A program made the position numbers and the translations under genes. From an uncultured Nitrososphaerota archaeon (GTDB taxonomy: Archaea > Thermoproteota > Nitrososphaeria > Nitrososphaerales > CADDZS01), in assembly GCA_963799845.1 (NCBI GenBank), contig CAWCYI010000006.1, positions 192,001-256,000 on the forward strand: a stretch of DNA of 64,000 nucleotides. Reading direction: 5' to 3'. The notes beneath the pieces are model-generated. The model searched no databases and was not told the DNA's origin. It saw only the letters and a list, made by a program, of their open reading frames with translations. Positions 30,894 through 40,008 of this stretch are shown one piece after another (the stretch's first letter is position 1; every line of letters begins with the position of its first letter).

Positions 30894-31802
30894 GTGGTAC
30901 TCGCTTTGCGAGTTTCAGATGTAATCAATTCGGGAAACTTTGCAAGGATCATTGAGATCTTTCCGCCGGGTATGCCCGCGCCTGGTTCCATTAAGTCCAA
31001 TCAGAGAATCGATCTCTCCGTGCGTTTTGAGAGAATAGTCGAAAGCATTGGGCAACTCGAAGCTCTCGCAGATGCTTTTTCTCTCCCTGAGCTTCGCGAC
31101 GGGTCGCGAATTCACCTCAATTCGGTTTCCGTTGCCGCAGAGCTAAAGCGGAGAACGACGAGCTCGATTATTCCAACGATAACACTCAGAGACTCGAACA
31201 AGCAGAATCTTCTAGGAACGATTACTTTCGCTATCTTCTCTGGGGTAGAAAACGTTCAGATAGTCAGGGGTGACCCATATAACTCTGATTCAGGACTAGA
31301 GCCAAAGAATGTTTACGATTTTTCCAAGATTGCCACATTCGTTACTATAGTCAGGGATCTTGAAACTCACCTTTCAAACGCACAAAAAACCTGCATCCTC
31401 GCACCGCTGAATCTTACAAAAATTTCCGATCCAAACTACGTCAGGATAGCCAAGCAGAGAGAAGTATCTGGCGTAGATATTTTTGTGACGGAATCACTGT
31501 TCGAAGATACGTCAAAGTATCTTGATCGTGTAGTTTTGGCTAGGGAAAAAGGAATCAAAATACCTATCATTCACAATATATTTCCATTCCGAAGCTACGA
31601 GGATGCTGTGTCATGCGTACTGAAATTTGGATGGAAAATTTCCGAGGCGGAACTTCAAGGACTCAAGTCAGGCGGAGCGAAGTATGGCATAGAAACTGCC
31701 AGGAAGAGATATTTTGATCTTATAGATCGAAAAGAAATCTCACAGGGGGCCTGCATTTCTACGAGGGGAAACACGGAAATCGTTCGGCAAATAGTTTACT
31801 AA
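30894..31802 (+). CDS. metF: Methylenetetrahydrofolate reductase-like protein
   Basis: EIFPP, ITLRDSN, GVENV..VRGDP, G.D.FVT..LF; operon context. Confidence 0.7.
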   Translation: MVLALRVSDVINSGNFARIIEIFPPGMPAPGSIKSNQRIDLSVRFERIVESIGQLEALADAFSLPELRDGSRIHLNSVSVAAELKRRTTSSIIPTITLRDSNKQNLLGTITFAIFSGVENVQIVRGDPYNSDSGLEPKNVYDFSKIATFVTIVRDLETHLSNAQKTCILAPLNLTKISDPNYVRIAKQREVSGVDIFVTESLFEDTSKYLDRVVLAREKGIKIPIIHNIFPFRSYEDAVSCVLKFGWKISEAELQGLKSGGAKYGIETARKRYFDLIDRKEISQGACISTRGNTEIVRQIVY

Positions 31803-31831
31803 TTTTTCAAGACTACTAAACAGAATGAGGG

Positions 31832-31911
31832 GAATGTGCCCCGGCTCTGACGCTAAGCGATCATCGATCTAGCACAGTTGCTTTTTCCTTTCACTAGCTC
31901 TTATCCGGGGC
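31832..31911 (-). ncRNA. H/ACA box pseudouridylation guide RNA (single hairpin with K-turn)
   Basis: GCCCCGG/CCGGGGC basal stem, pocket AUAAGA and GUCAGAG, ACA 14 nt from the upper stem, GUGA/AUGAUC K-turn; pocket complementary to CUCUGAC-U-N-UCUUA. Confidence 0.75.
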
Positions 31912-31925
31912 GCCGAAGAAAAGAA

Positions 31926-32029
31926 GTTTAGCGCGGCCTGTTTCACGCCTGGGTAAACCCCGTTCCTCACTGATCGGACAAGGCCGTCGGCGCGAATTCG
32001 TGCTTGTTGACCGCAGGATTCCTTTCCCC
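31926..32029 (-). ncRNA. ffs: 3' half of an archaeal SRP (7S) RNA; 5' half not found in the window
   Basis: GGAA-UCC-UGCGG (helix 8 loop and 3' strand) ... GGAACGGGGUUUACCCAGGCGUGAAACAGGCCGCGCUAAAC, resembling thaumarchaeal SRP 3' ends (from recall); the upstream space is pheT. Confidence 0.6.
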
Positions 32030-32059
32030 AGTAAATACCATGAGATGCATTTAGCGGAT

Positions 32060-33715
32060 TTAGCCTTTTAGGAAAGATTCAAGGTTGATCTCGAATCCAG
32101 CAACGGGCACGGAGATTCCAAATTTTTCAAGAGCTGCTGGCGAAACTTCCCCGATGAGACCAATTCTCGATTCGTTGCCACCCTCTCCAAGAATAATTCC
32201 AGCTGTTCGACCGGAAGCGAAAATTCCTCCCTGATCTTCGGCGGGCTCGAATCGCATAGATTTTTCTCCGATGATCGTTCTAAGGAAAGCATCCAGCTTG
32301 GAGCGTATCTCCGTATAATTCGCTTCGGAGTGTGCGATAGTTACTGCCAAATGCTCGTCCTCGGAAACGCTTGATACCGTTTCATTCGACCTCGAAAAAA
32401 CGGGAGCTTCCTCGAAAATCATCTGTGGATACTCTTCATGTGAAGTCGCCCCCAACACTTGCAAAAGGGAGGAGATTACGTCACATCGCAAATAGTCAAA
32501 ACTCTGGGATTTTGAATCATCGACCCGAAGAGGTTGGTTGCTGCATTGTTCTACTAGTTCCTTTGTAGTCAAGGAAAAGTTCCAGATTTCCGTCAGTTCC
32601 AGCCCTATTAGGACTTCGATCATCGAATCAATTTTTTGCAGCCTAGGTTTCAGCGATCCAGCTAGAGATGTCGAAACAACCTGAGGAGTCATCTTCGAAA
32701 CTCCATATCCAAGTGCAACTTCTTCCGCCAGATCTATCGGATGGATAATGTCGCTTCGAAATCGAGGAATGATTGCTATTCCTTGAGGATCGAGACCCAG
32801 CCTGCTCTTTTCGAGCGCGTCCTTTGCTTGTACTCGATCAAAATCAAAACCCAGAATTTCATTTGAAAGTCTCAGATCAAACGTCATCGTTCTTGGTGTC
32901 ATGTCCGGCACCCATGCGGTTTCACCGGTCTCTCGAGAAACTTCAATTGTGTAGACTTTAGCACCGACATCCGAAAGCATTGACGCAATTATTGCGATGG
33001 AGGCATCAACCACATAGTCGTCCGTTCCCGTGACATCAACAAAAAGTTTGGTTATTCCAGGCTGAAGTCGGGTAAGCTCACCGTTGATGATCGGAGGCAT
33101 CGAAAGGACGTTTCGGTTCGAATCCTCTAGCATTGGGTACACGCGAGAAACCAGTTTTCCATAAGAAATTCCCTGGTCTGTCGCAGTCAGGATTTCTTTT
33201 ACGCTCTGCATTTTCGAAGAGCCCAGAGGTACGAAGGAATAACGTTCATCTGTGACACCGTAATACTTGATTGAATTTGAAATAACCGAGGCGTTGTGTA
33301 TTCCGATTGCAACCTTGGACCTCCTCCGTCCGATTCCGTTGTGGAGATCCTCCTGCATCGTGATTAACTGTTTGATAATTTCATCCGTAACTGAGATTTC
33401 GGCGTAAAGACCTTGAATGAAAGGACGAACATTCAGAATTTCTTTTCCTGAAACTGTAACCTTGAATTTGCTCCTCGGAAACTCGTACTTTGGAGGGCCT
33501 GTGATTATGCCGAGCAGTCCAACAAGCGACCTCGCAATACCAGCTTCGCTTGAAAAATCCGGACGGTTGGGACTGTATTCGACGCTTACCATATCTCCTG
33601 ATTGATCCTCGATGTCAAGGCCGAGGTAAGGAAGAGTTTCTATGATCGTTTTTTCCGATGGCTTATTCTTGCAGTATCCACCTAACCGTGGGAGTGAGAG
33701 CTGAATGACCGGCAC
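32060..33715 (-). CDS. pheT: Phenylalanine--tRNA ligase beta subunit
   Basis: GTG start MPVI, PNRPD, QEDLH..IGRRR..AIGIH, SMPPIING, RSDIIHPIDLAEEVA. Confidence 0.93.
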   Translation of the reverse strand: MPVIQLSLPRLGGYCKNKPSEKTIIETLPYLGLDIEDQSGDMVSVEYSPNRPDFSSEAGIARSLVGLLGIITGPPKYEFPRSKFKVTVSGKEILNVRPFIQGLYAEISVTDEIIKQLITMQEDLHNGIGRRRSKVAIGIHNASVISNSIKYYGVTDERYSFVPLGSSKMQSVKEILTATDQGISYGKLVSRVYPMLEDSNRNVLSMPPIINGELTRLQPGITKLFVDVTGTDDYVVDASIAIIASMLSDVGAKVYTIEVSRETGETAWVPDMTPRTMTFDLRLSNEILGFDFDRVQAKDALEKSRLGLDPQGIAIIPRFRSDIIHPIDLAEEVALGYGVSKMTPQVVSTSLAGSLKPRLQKIDSMIEVLIGLELTEIWNFSLTTKELVEQCSNQPLRVDDSKSQSFDYLRCDVISSLLQVLGATSHEEYPQMIFEEAPVFSRSNETVSSVSEDEHLAVTIAHSEANYTEIRSKLDAFLRTIIGEKSMRFEPAEDQGGIFASGRTAGIILGEGGNESRIGLIGEVSPAALEKFGISVPVAGFEINLESFLKG

Positions 33716-35220
33716 TGCACTAACTCTTCCTGATCGTTCAGCTTTCGTAGCCAGCCAATGTTCGCGCCGAAAAGCTGGCGGATGTCTTCCACTCCGTATC
33801 TGAGCATAACAAGGCGGTCGAGGCTCAGACCCCATGCTAGCACAGGATTTTTCACACCGAGTGGCAGAGTAACCTCCGGCCGAAAGACACCCATCCCCCC
33901 AAGCTCCATCCATTTCCCAGTTTCTTTTCGGAACGCCATTGTCTGGAGAGACGGTTCGGTATACGGGAAAAAGGTCGGCCAAAATTTGATCTCGTTGAAG
34001 CCGAGCTTCGAATAAAATTTCGACAGGATGTAGATCAGGTTTCGGAGGTTGAGCTTCTCTCCAACCATAACACCTTCAATCTGGTAGAATTCCGGGTTAT
34101 GCTTGTAGTTTGATTTTTCGTTGCGAAAGACTCTGCCGACGGAAAAGATCCTCGCATCTTCTGGCTTGTTCTCCGCAATATATGAAATCGTAACGGCGGT
34201 CGTATGAGTTCTGAGAACGACACGAGATGCTTCATTGGGACTCCAGTCGTATCTCCATCCCCTCGATCCAGTGCTTCCACCACGCTCGTGCGATTCCCTG
34301 ATCGCTCCGATCTCCTCGTCGTAATTGTGGAGTCTCGCCTTCAGGCCCGAAACGTAGAAAGTATCCTGCATCTCCCTCGCCGGGTGCTGCTGGGGAATGA
34401 ATAAGGCGTCAAAGTTCCAGAGAGCGCTTTGCGAAATCGGTCCAAGAATCTCTTCAAATCCGAGGGAAATGAAGGCTTCCCGAACTTCATTCATGAAGAG
34501 ACGCATGGGGTGCCTCCTCCCGGGATATACTAGCGGCGCCGGTGACGTTACGTCGATTGCCCTAAGAGGTAGATCTTTCCATGAGCCATTCTGCAATAGT
34601 TCCGGAGTGATCCTGTCGATTTCGTCACCTGAGGCTTGGTTTAGAGCGTTTCTTCCACTGTCTGTGATGCTTAATTTGATTGTCTTGTCGTGTGTCTCCT
34701 TGACAAAACCCTCATGTCTTTTTCTTAGCAAAGAAATTGCTTCGAGCTCATCTGAAGTTAAAACGTCGCGGGTCATTCCGCCCTCTCCGGCAATCTTCTC
34801 AATGACGTCTTCCTCCCTCTCCCGATTATCATGATCTTTCCCGAGAAAGATCCTGTTGTTTTCTACCCTGACCCAGCCGTTTTTCTTTGCGTTGCCAAGG
34901 GCGATCGCAAATTCGTTTCCCAGATGCTTGGAGGCAGCTCTGATCTCCTCTGAACCACCTGACCTTTTCACTAGTTCAACGAGACGCCTTTCAGGGAGAC
35001 CCTCTTTGATAGCGACCTTACCTTGGTCGCCGACCGAGAACAACTGCACATCGGATTCCTGGACTGAGATTAGTCCTTTCGATCTGAGCCATTCGATTCC
35101 GCGACGCAACTGGTCAATTGAAAGTCCCGAAAGTTTGGAAAGCTCATCGAGATCAACCTGACGTGTAGTAGCAAGAACGTTCAGTATTTTTTTCTCAATT
35201 GGATGAAGTGGTGAGCTCAA
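33682..35220 (-). CDS. pheS: Phenylalanine--tRNA ligase alpha subunit
   Basis: WNFDALF.PQQHPAREMQDTF, LRTHTT, EFYQIEG, FPYTEPS, GVFRPEV. Confidence 0.95.
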   Translation of the reverse strand: MSSPLHPIEKKILNVLATTRQVDLDELSKLSGLSIDQLRRGIEWLRSKGLISVQESDVQLFSVGDQGKVAIKEGLPERRLVELVKRSGGSEEIRAASKHLGNEFAIALGNAKKNGWVRVENNRIFLGKDHDNREREEDVIEKIAGEGGMTRDVLTSDELEAISLLRKRHEGFVKETHDKTIKLSITDSGRNALNQASGDEIDRITPELLQNGSWKDLPLRAIDVTSPAPLVYPGRRHPMRLFMNEVREAFISLGFEEILGPISQSALWNFDALFIPQQHPAREMQDTFYVSGLKARLHNYDEEIGAIRESHERGGSTGSRGWRYDWSPNEASRVVLRTHTTAVTISYIAENKPEDARIFSVGRVFRNEKSNYKHNPEFYQIEGVMVGEKLNLRNLIYILSKFYSKLGFNEIKFWPTFFPYTEPSLQTMAFRKETGKWMELGGMGVFRPEVTLPLGVKNPVLAWGLSLDRLVMLRYGVEDIRQLFGANIGWLRKLNDQEELVQCRSFSSHSHG

Positions 35221-36428
35221 CGCTGCATCTCTGACCTCTTCTTCAAGCCCCCGCTGGTATCCTCGATTATGAACTCATCAAGATGTTCTCTTGCGGCTTC
35301 TCGCTTCGCCGCATGTTCGGCGACGAATTTCTTTGTCCTGGAAGCTAACATCATCTTGCAGTCTCCGCACAAGAGACGGCCACCGGTGCAGTCGTCGTAG
35401 ATCCGCTTTAGCTCAATGTCATCTGGTTCGAAGAGGAAATCGTAGTAGTAGTACACGGGGCAAATATCTGCCCGCCCGCCAAGCTTCCTCTGTTCGATTT
35501 GGGTATCTCTGCCGCCGGTAAACGACGACATAACCTTCTTCTCGACCGTCTTTTCGCTATCAGTTGTGAAGATCGCTGTCTCCGGCTGGCTCGCGCTCAT
35601 CTTGCCGCCCTGTCCCAACCCGGGCATGAACTTTGAGTGCATCTGGGCCGGCTTGTAAAAGCCAAGTTTCGGAGCGACTTCTCTTGCTATTCCGCGCCAG
35701 TAAGGATCCTGGTCTATTGCTGCCGGTATAAGACAGGGGATGTTGTAGCCCTTCAGGACCGAAGGAAGGAAGCACGTAGCTGCCTGGATCGCGGGGAAGA
35801 AAATCATTCCGATGCCGGTGCTGTTCTCGAAACCGAAAACGGCTTTTGCTGTGCTGAAGGTGGTGTGTTTTGCTACCTTAGCCGCGATTCCGTACATAGT
35901 CTTCATGTAACCCGTGTCGGTGAAAACGAAGGTCTTCTTGGGATCAAAACCGATAGCGATCAGGTCAAGAGTATTTTCCATTGCGAGATCGGATGTCTTG
36001 TCTAGAGAAAGCTTGTCGGAAGTATAGTACTTTTCATCATCGGTCATCTGGAAGTAGAGCTCTGCCCCAAACTTATCCTGCAAGTACTTCGTAAAAATCC
36101 ATGGAATCAGGTGTCCCAAGTGTACTCCGCCCGACGGTCCTCGTCCGGTGTAGAGGAAAAACTTCTCACCGTTCTCGTATCTCTTTAGAATATCATCAAG
36201 GTCTCTGTGCGAGTAGAAAATCTTCCTCCGAAGAAAGGGATGAATCTCCCCAGTTATTCTCCTGAATCTTTCCAAAATATCTGGTGTAATTCGAGAGGTG
36301 CCGAACTGATCCACTAGTTTGTCGTAGTCAACCTGCCCCTCAACAGTCCAGGGAGTAACTATGAAATCGACAGGGTTCTTTGAATCTGAGTTATCGTCAT
36401 TTTTGTCACTTTCATCGTCCTTCGCCAT
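35217..36428 (-). CDS. trpS: Tryptophan--tRNA ligase
   Basis: YTGRGPSG..HLGH, DDEKY, AIDQDPY, KMSAS. Confidence 0.95.
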   Translation of the reverse strand: MAKDDESDKNDDNSDSKNPVDFIVTPWTVEGQVDYDKLVDQFGTSRITPDILERFRRITGEIHPFLRRKIFYSHRDLDDILKRYENGEKFFLYTGRGPSGGVHLGHLIPWIFTKYLQDKFGAELYFQMTDDEKYYTSDKLSLDKTSDLAMENTLDLIAIGFDPKKTFVFTDTGYMKTMYGIAAKVAKHTTFSTAKAVFGFENSTGIGMIFFPAIQAATCFLPSVLKGYNIPCLIPAAIDQDPYWRGIAREVAPKLGFYKPAQMHSKFMPGLGQGGKMSASQPETAIFTTDSEKTVEKKVMSSFTGGRDTQIEQRKLGGRADICPVYYYYDFLFEPDDIELKRIYDDCTGGRLLCGDCKMMLASRTKKFVAEHAAKREAAREHLDEFIIEDTSGGLKKRSEMQR

Positions 36429-36707
36429 AACATAACACCCATCAACGGTTCAAACAAGTATTCGAAAAACAGCAAAGTTCAGGAAAAGTTCCATCTGCGA
36501 AAAGTGCACCGAAGCTGCATCTCTCGAAATTCATCGCCGAACTAGAGTTTTCGCCTAGAAAAACCTTCCCGGGGTTCAAAGCTAACGCTTCTTGCGGACT
36601 ATGCCAAAGCTCAATATAATTGAAATGGCCAATCTTTATGCAATTCTTGTATTTTACCTGAGCTTAATGCCAGAAAGTCTCTCCAAACAGGGTGTGTAAT
36701 TCAATCA

Positions 36708-38546
36708 ATGTGTGGAATCGGCGGGTGCGTCGGAAATCATGCAGACCCTGAACTGATCAAGAAAATGTCTGACCTGATCAAGCATCGTGGTCCGGATGAC
36801 CACGGCGAGTATCTTGACAAAGGAATCGGACTTTTCTCAGACCGTCTGAGCATCATAGATCTCGAAGGTGGACACCAACCAATCTTCAACGAGGACGAAA
36901 CTCTGTTCATTGTGTTCAATGGCGAGATATACAACTTTCCCGAGATCAAAGTAGATCTGGAGAAAAAAGGTCACAAATTTAGGACGAGAGCCGATACGGA
37001 AGTAATACTTCACGGATTTGAAGAGTACGGACCGAAGATTTTTTCCATGCTTAATGGAATGTTTGCTGTTGCGCTCTGGGATACCAAGAAAAAAACTCTA
37101 ATCCTTGCCAGGGATCGAGTCGGAATAAAACCCCTCTACTACACGAAGACTGGAAACGGCGATATTGTCTTTTGCAGCGAGATCAAGGGCATACTTGCGC
37201 ATCCCGAGGTCTCAGTCAGGGTAAATGAGGAAGGACTTTACCATCTTATTTCACTCTACTACATTCCTTTTGAGCTTACTCTTTTTTCCGGAATATTCAA
37301 ACTTTTTCCAGGACACTATTTCGATTCTGCGACTGGAAAAAGTACTCCGTACTGGTCGCCGCCTAAAGTTTCTCCGGGATTCTGCCCGGAAATCAGCGAG
37401 GTGAGGAACGCACTTGAGCAATCTGTGAAACGGCAGTTGATCTCCGATGTGGAGGTCGGGTCGTATCTGTCTGGTGGACTGGACACCTCAACGATAGTCG
37501 CTTTTGCAACTCGGCACTATCCGCAGAAGCTCAAGACATTTTGCATGGGTTTTGGCCATGATGACGATGAATTGGATGATGCCAAGAAAGTGGCAGACTT
37601 TTTTGGTACAGATCATTACGGGTTTACGATCACCGACAGAGCGACGATCGAGCTCTATCCCCAGATGATATGGCACTCTGAGCAACCGAAGCTCAACACC
37701 TACAGCTGGTTTGTCGACCAGTACGCGAGGAAATACGTGAAGGTCTGCCTGAGCGGCCTCGGAGGAGATGAGCTGTTCTTCGGCTATCCCACATCGTCAA
37801 GATATGTTGCGTTTCAGAGAGCGCAGAAACTGATGAAAGTCCCGGCTGCATCAGTCTTATCCGCGTTCACCAGCGGAAAAAAGAAAAAAGTTCTGTCCAG
37901 TCTGAACGACAGGGCGAAAACCTATCTCACGACCGTTTCTCCCGTGTACGGCTCCCTCGATGATCGGGTGTTCAAGAAACCAATTTGGGAATATCGGGAA
38001 AAGCTTCGTCCGAAAATGGAAGAGTCTTTTTTCAAATCCGACGCTTCCTTTGTCGAACAGGCGGTTTATGCAGAGTTCAGTACGAAACTGGTAGATGATT
38101 TCCTCGCTATTGACGATGCCATGTGCATGGCTCATTCGCTGGAGAACAGGGTGCCACTACTCGATAACCAGCTGATCGACCTGATGCTCCCGGTCGAGTA
38201 CAAGTACAATTACGAAAACGGGGTCGGCAAGGTCCTGCTTCGCAGAGCAATGAAGGGAATCCTTCCGGAAGAGTCATTCCGCAAGCCGAAACAGGGATTC
38301 AGCCTTGACATTGTGAAGTGGTGGACGGGGGAACTCGGCGAGGAGATAAGAAGCACGATTACAGATTCGACTGCGGTAAGGGCGTACTTCAATGTCAGTG
38401 CGTTGAAAAACCTGATCCCAACCGCAAAAGAATCCTACGGAACGGTCTCTCTGTTGTGGCACATCTACGCGTTCCACGTCTGGTACGGAATCTTTGTGGA
38501 TGGAAAAAGAGTGAAGGACGAGGTCGTTCCCCAACTTTCGAAATGA
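36708..38546 (+). CDS. asnB: Asparagine synthetase B-family glutamine amidotransferase
   Basis: MCGI, HRGPD, NGEIYN, LSGGLDTS, GLGGDELF.GY, ENRVP. Confidence 0.9.
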   Translation: MCGIGGCVGNHADPELIKKMSDLIKHRGPDDHGEYLDKGIGLFSDRLSIIDLEGGHQPIFNEDETLFIVFNGEIYNFPEIKVDLEKKGHKFRTRADTEVILHGFEEYGPKIFSMLNGMFAVALWDTKKKTLILARDRVGIKPLYYTKTGNGDIVFCSEIKGILAHPEVSVRVNEEGLYHLISLYYIPFELTLFSGIFKLFPGHYFDSATGKSTPYWSPPKVSPGFCPEISEVRNALEQSVKRQLISDVEVGSYLSGGLDTSTIVAFATRHYPQKLKTFCMGFGHDDDELDDAKKVADFFGTDHYGFTITDRATIELYPQMIWHSEQPKLNTYSWFVDQYARKYVKVCLSGLGGDELFFGYPTSSRYVAFQRAQKLMKVPAASVLSAFTSGKKKKVLSSLNDRAKTYLTTVSPVYGSLDDRVFKKPIWEYREKLRPKMEESFFKSDASFVEQAVYAEFSTKLVDDFLAIDDAMCMAHSLENRVPLLDNQLIDLMLPVEYKYNYENGVGKVLLRRAMKGILPEESFRKPKQGFSLDIVKWWTGELGEEIRSTITDSTAVRAYFNVSALKNLIPTAKESYGTVSLLWHIYAFHVWYGIFVDGKRVKDEVVPQLSK

Positions 38547-38549
38547 AAG

Positions 38550-39209
38550 TTATTTCTTTCTGCCGTAGGCTTTTAGACGATTCTTCACAATGTCAAGATA
38601 CGACAGACCTGCGTACCTTTCCTGCTTCCAGGGATCAGCAGTGTTGGAATAGCCCCTGATTTCCCAGAATCCTGGCTCATCGAACTCGGTGAGCTTTATT
38701 CCTCTAAGCCATTTCGCAGACTTGTAAAAATACCTCTTGGGAACAAGCATCCTTACCGGCCCGCCGTGTTCTGGAGGAAGTTCCTGACCCTGAGCTCTGA
38801 AGACGAGCATCACGTCATCATCGTAAAGAGCCTCCAGAGGCAGGCTGGTAGTGAATCCCTGCTCGCACTCAAAAATTGCGAAATGCGCTTTCGAAGTCGG
38901 TTTCGCAATCGCCATCAAATCCTTGAACCTTATTCCTTCCCACTGCACGTCGAACTTGCTCCAGGTCGTGACGCAATGAATGTCGCAGGTCTCCAAAGTA
39001 GTTTTCAAGTCTAGGAGTTGAGCGTAACTCAGGGTCAATTCATTTTCAACTTCCCCATGAACTCTCAGGCTCCAGCTCTCCTTCGATATCGAGGGAACCG
39101 ATCCAGCATGCAACACCGGCCATCCGTTAGTCAGAATCTGACCCGGAGGCAGCCGCTTCTTGTCCTTGAGCGAGGCCGCTTCGGAAGCGCGGGACATACG
39201 AAAGATCAT
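38550..39209 (-). CDS. Sulfite oxidase-like molybdopterin oxidoreductase (YuiH type)
   Basis: LPPGQ, DIHCVTTWS, EHGGPVR, YKSAKW, GFWE.RGY. Confidence 0.88.
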   Translation of the reverse strand: MIFRMSRASEAASLKDKKRLPPGQILTNGWPVLHAGSVPSISKESWSLRVHGEVENELTLSYAQLLDLKTTLETCDIHCVTTWSKFDVQWEGIRFKDLMAIAKPTSKAHFAIFECEQGFTTSLPLEALYDDDVMLVFRAQGQELPPEHGGPVRMLVPKRYFYKSAKWLRGIKLTEFDEPGFWEIRGYSNTADPWKQERYAGLSYLDIVKNRLKAYGRKK

Positions 39210-39245
39210 ATTGATGTTGATTTGATTTAAGAGTTCCCGGGAAAA

Positions 39246-39863
39246 TTGTCGAAAACTCTTGAGAGATCATTCTATGATCGAAGCCCTATTGTCGTCGCGA
39301 GGGAAATCATAGGCAAGAAGCTCATTAGAACCACAAACGATGGCACCGTTTTTTCGGGCATTATTGTAGAAGCTGAGGCTTACGCCGGAAACAAAGATCC
39401 TGCTAGTCACGCCTTCAGAGGCAAAACTCCTAGAAACGAAGTGATGTTCGGCGAGGCGGGGCACGCATACATTTACTTTACTTACGGGTTTCATTACTGC
39501 CTAAATTTCGTGACGAGTTCTCGTTACGGGAAGGCATCTGCGGTACTGATTCGCGCCGCAGAACCTGTTGCGGGGATCGAAGAAATGGAAATCAGAAGAA
39601 AAACAAATTTAGTCACGGATCTTGCCAACGGGCCTGGAAAATTGGGGCAAGCATTCCTTATCGACAAGAGCTTAAATGGAGTTGATCTGACCCGTTCGGA
39701 TTCGCCCATCCGTGTCGAAGATATTTTATTGAAAGTGAGGATCGCAGTTTCATCTAGGGTGGGAATAAAGCGGGCAACTGAAAGAATGTGGAGATTTTAC
39801 TCAAAGACGAGTCCGTATGTTTCTAAATCTCGTCCCAGCGAGAACATTGGACGGGAAAGTTAA
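39246..39863 (+). CDS. mpg: DNA-3-methyladenine glycosylase (AAG/MPG family)
   Basis: IVEAEAY..DPASH, MFG.AGHAYIYFTYG, VLIRA.EP, NGPGKL. Confidence 0.92.
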   Translation: MSKTLERSFYDRSPIVVAREIIGKKLIRTTNDGTVFSGIIVEAEAYAGNKDPASHAFRGKTPRNEVMFGEAGHAYIYFTYGFHYCLNFVTSSRYGKASAVLIRAAEPVAGIEEMEIRRKTNLVTDLANGPGKLGQAFLIDKSLNGVDLTRSDSPIRVEDILLKVRIAVSSRVGIKRATERMWRFYSKTSPYVSKSRPSENIGRES

Positions 39864-39885
39864 TCTACCGGTATTCCGATACAAT

Positions 39886-40008
39886 GGTTCAGCCGGCCAT
39901 AGCGTGCGGGCTCGACCTGGTCTCATTCCGAACCCAGAAGTCAAACCGCATGTCGCCGTCATATTAGTGAGGTGCGTGAGCCCTCGTGAGGTGGCGGTGC
40001 TGGCACCC
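39886..40008 (+). rRNA. rrf: 5S rRNA (standalone)
   Basis: ggccatagc...acctggtctcattccgaacccagaagtcaaacc; ~120 nt; TATA-like gttaat upstream. Confidence 0.92.

Noticed and set aside
31829-32029. Short (type T) RNase P RNA
   Set aside because: GGAAUCCUGCGG and CAGAGCCGGGGC superficially resemble P4, but the conserved GAGGAAA.UCC and ACAGAA..GGCUUA boxes are absent. SRP tail plus H/ACA explains the sequence better.
31829-32029. Circularly permuted complete SRP RNA as in Thermoproteus
   Set aside because: The sequence after the SRP 3' tail has no helix-1 complement or Alu domain and folds as an H/ACA hairpin.
33716-33982. N-terminal extension of PheT in the ORF track
   Set aside because: It lies inside pheS. 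The conserved MPVI start is the GTG at 33715.
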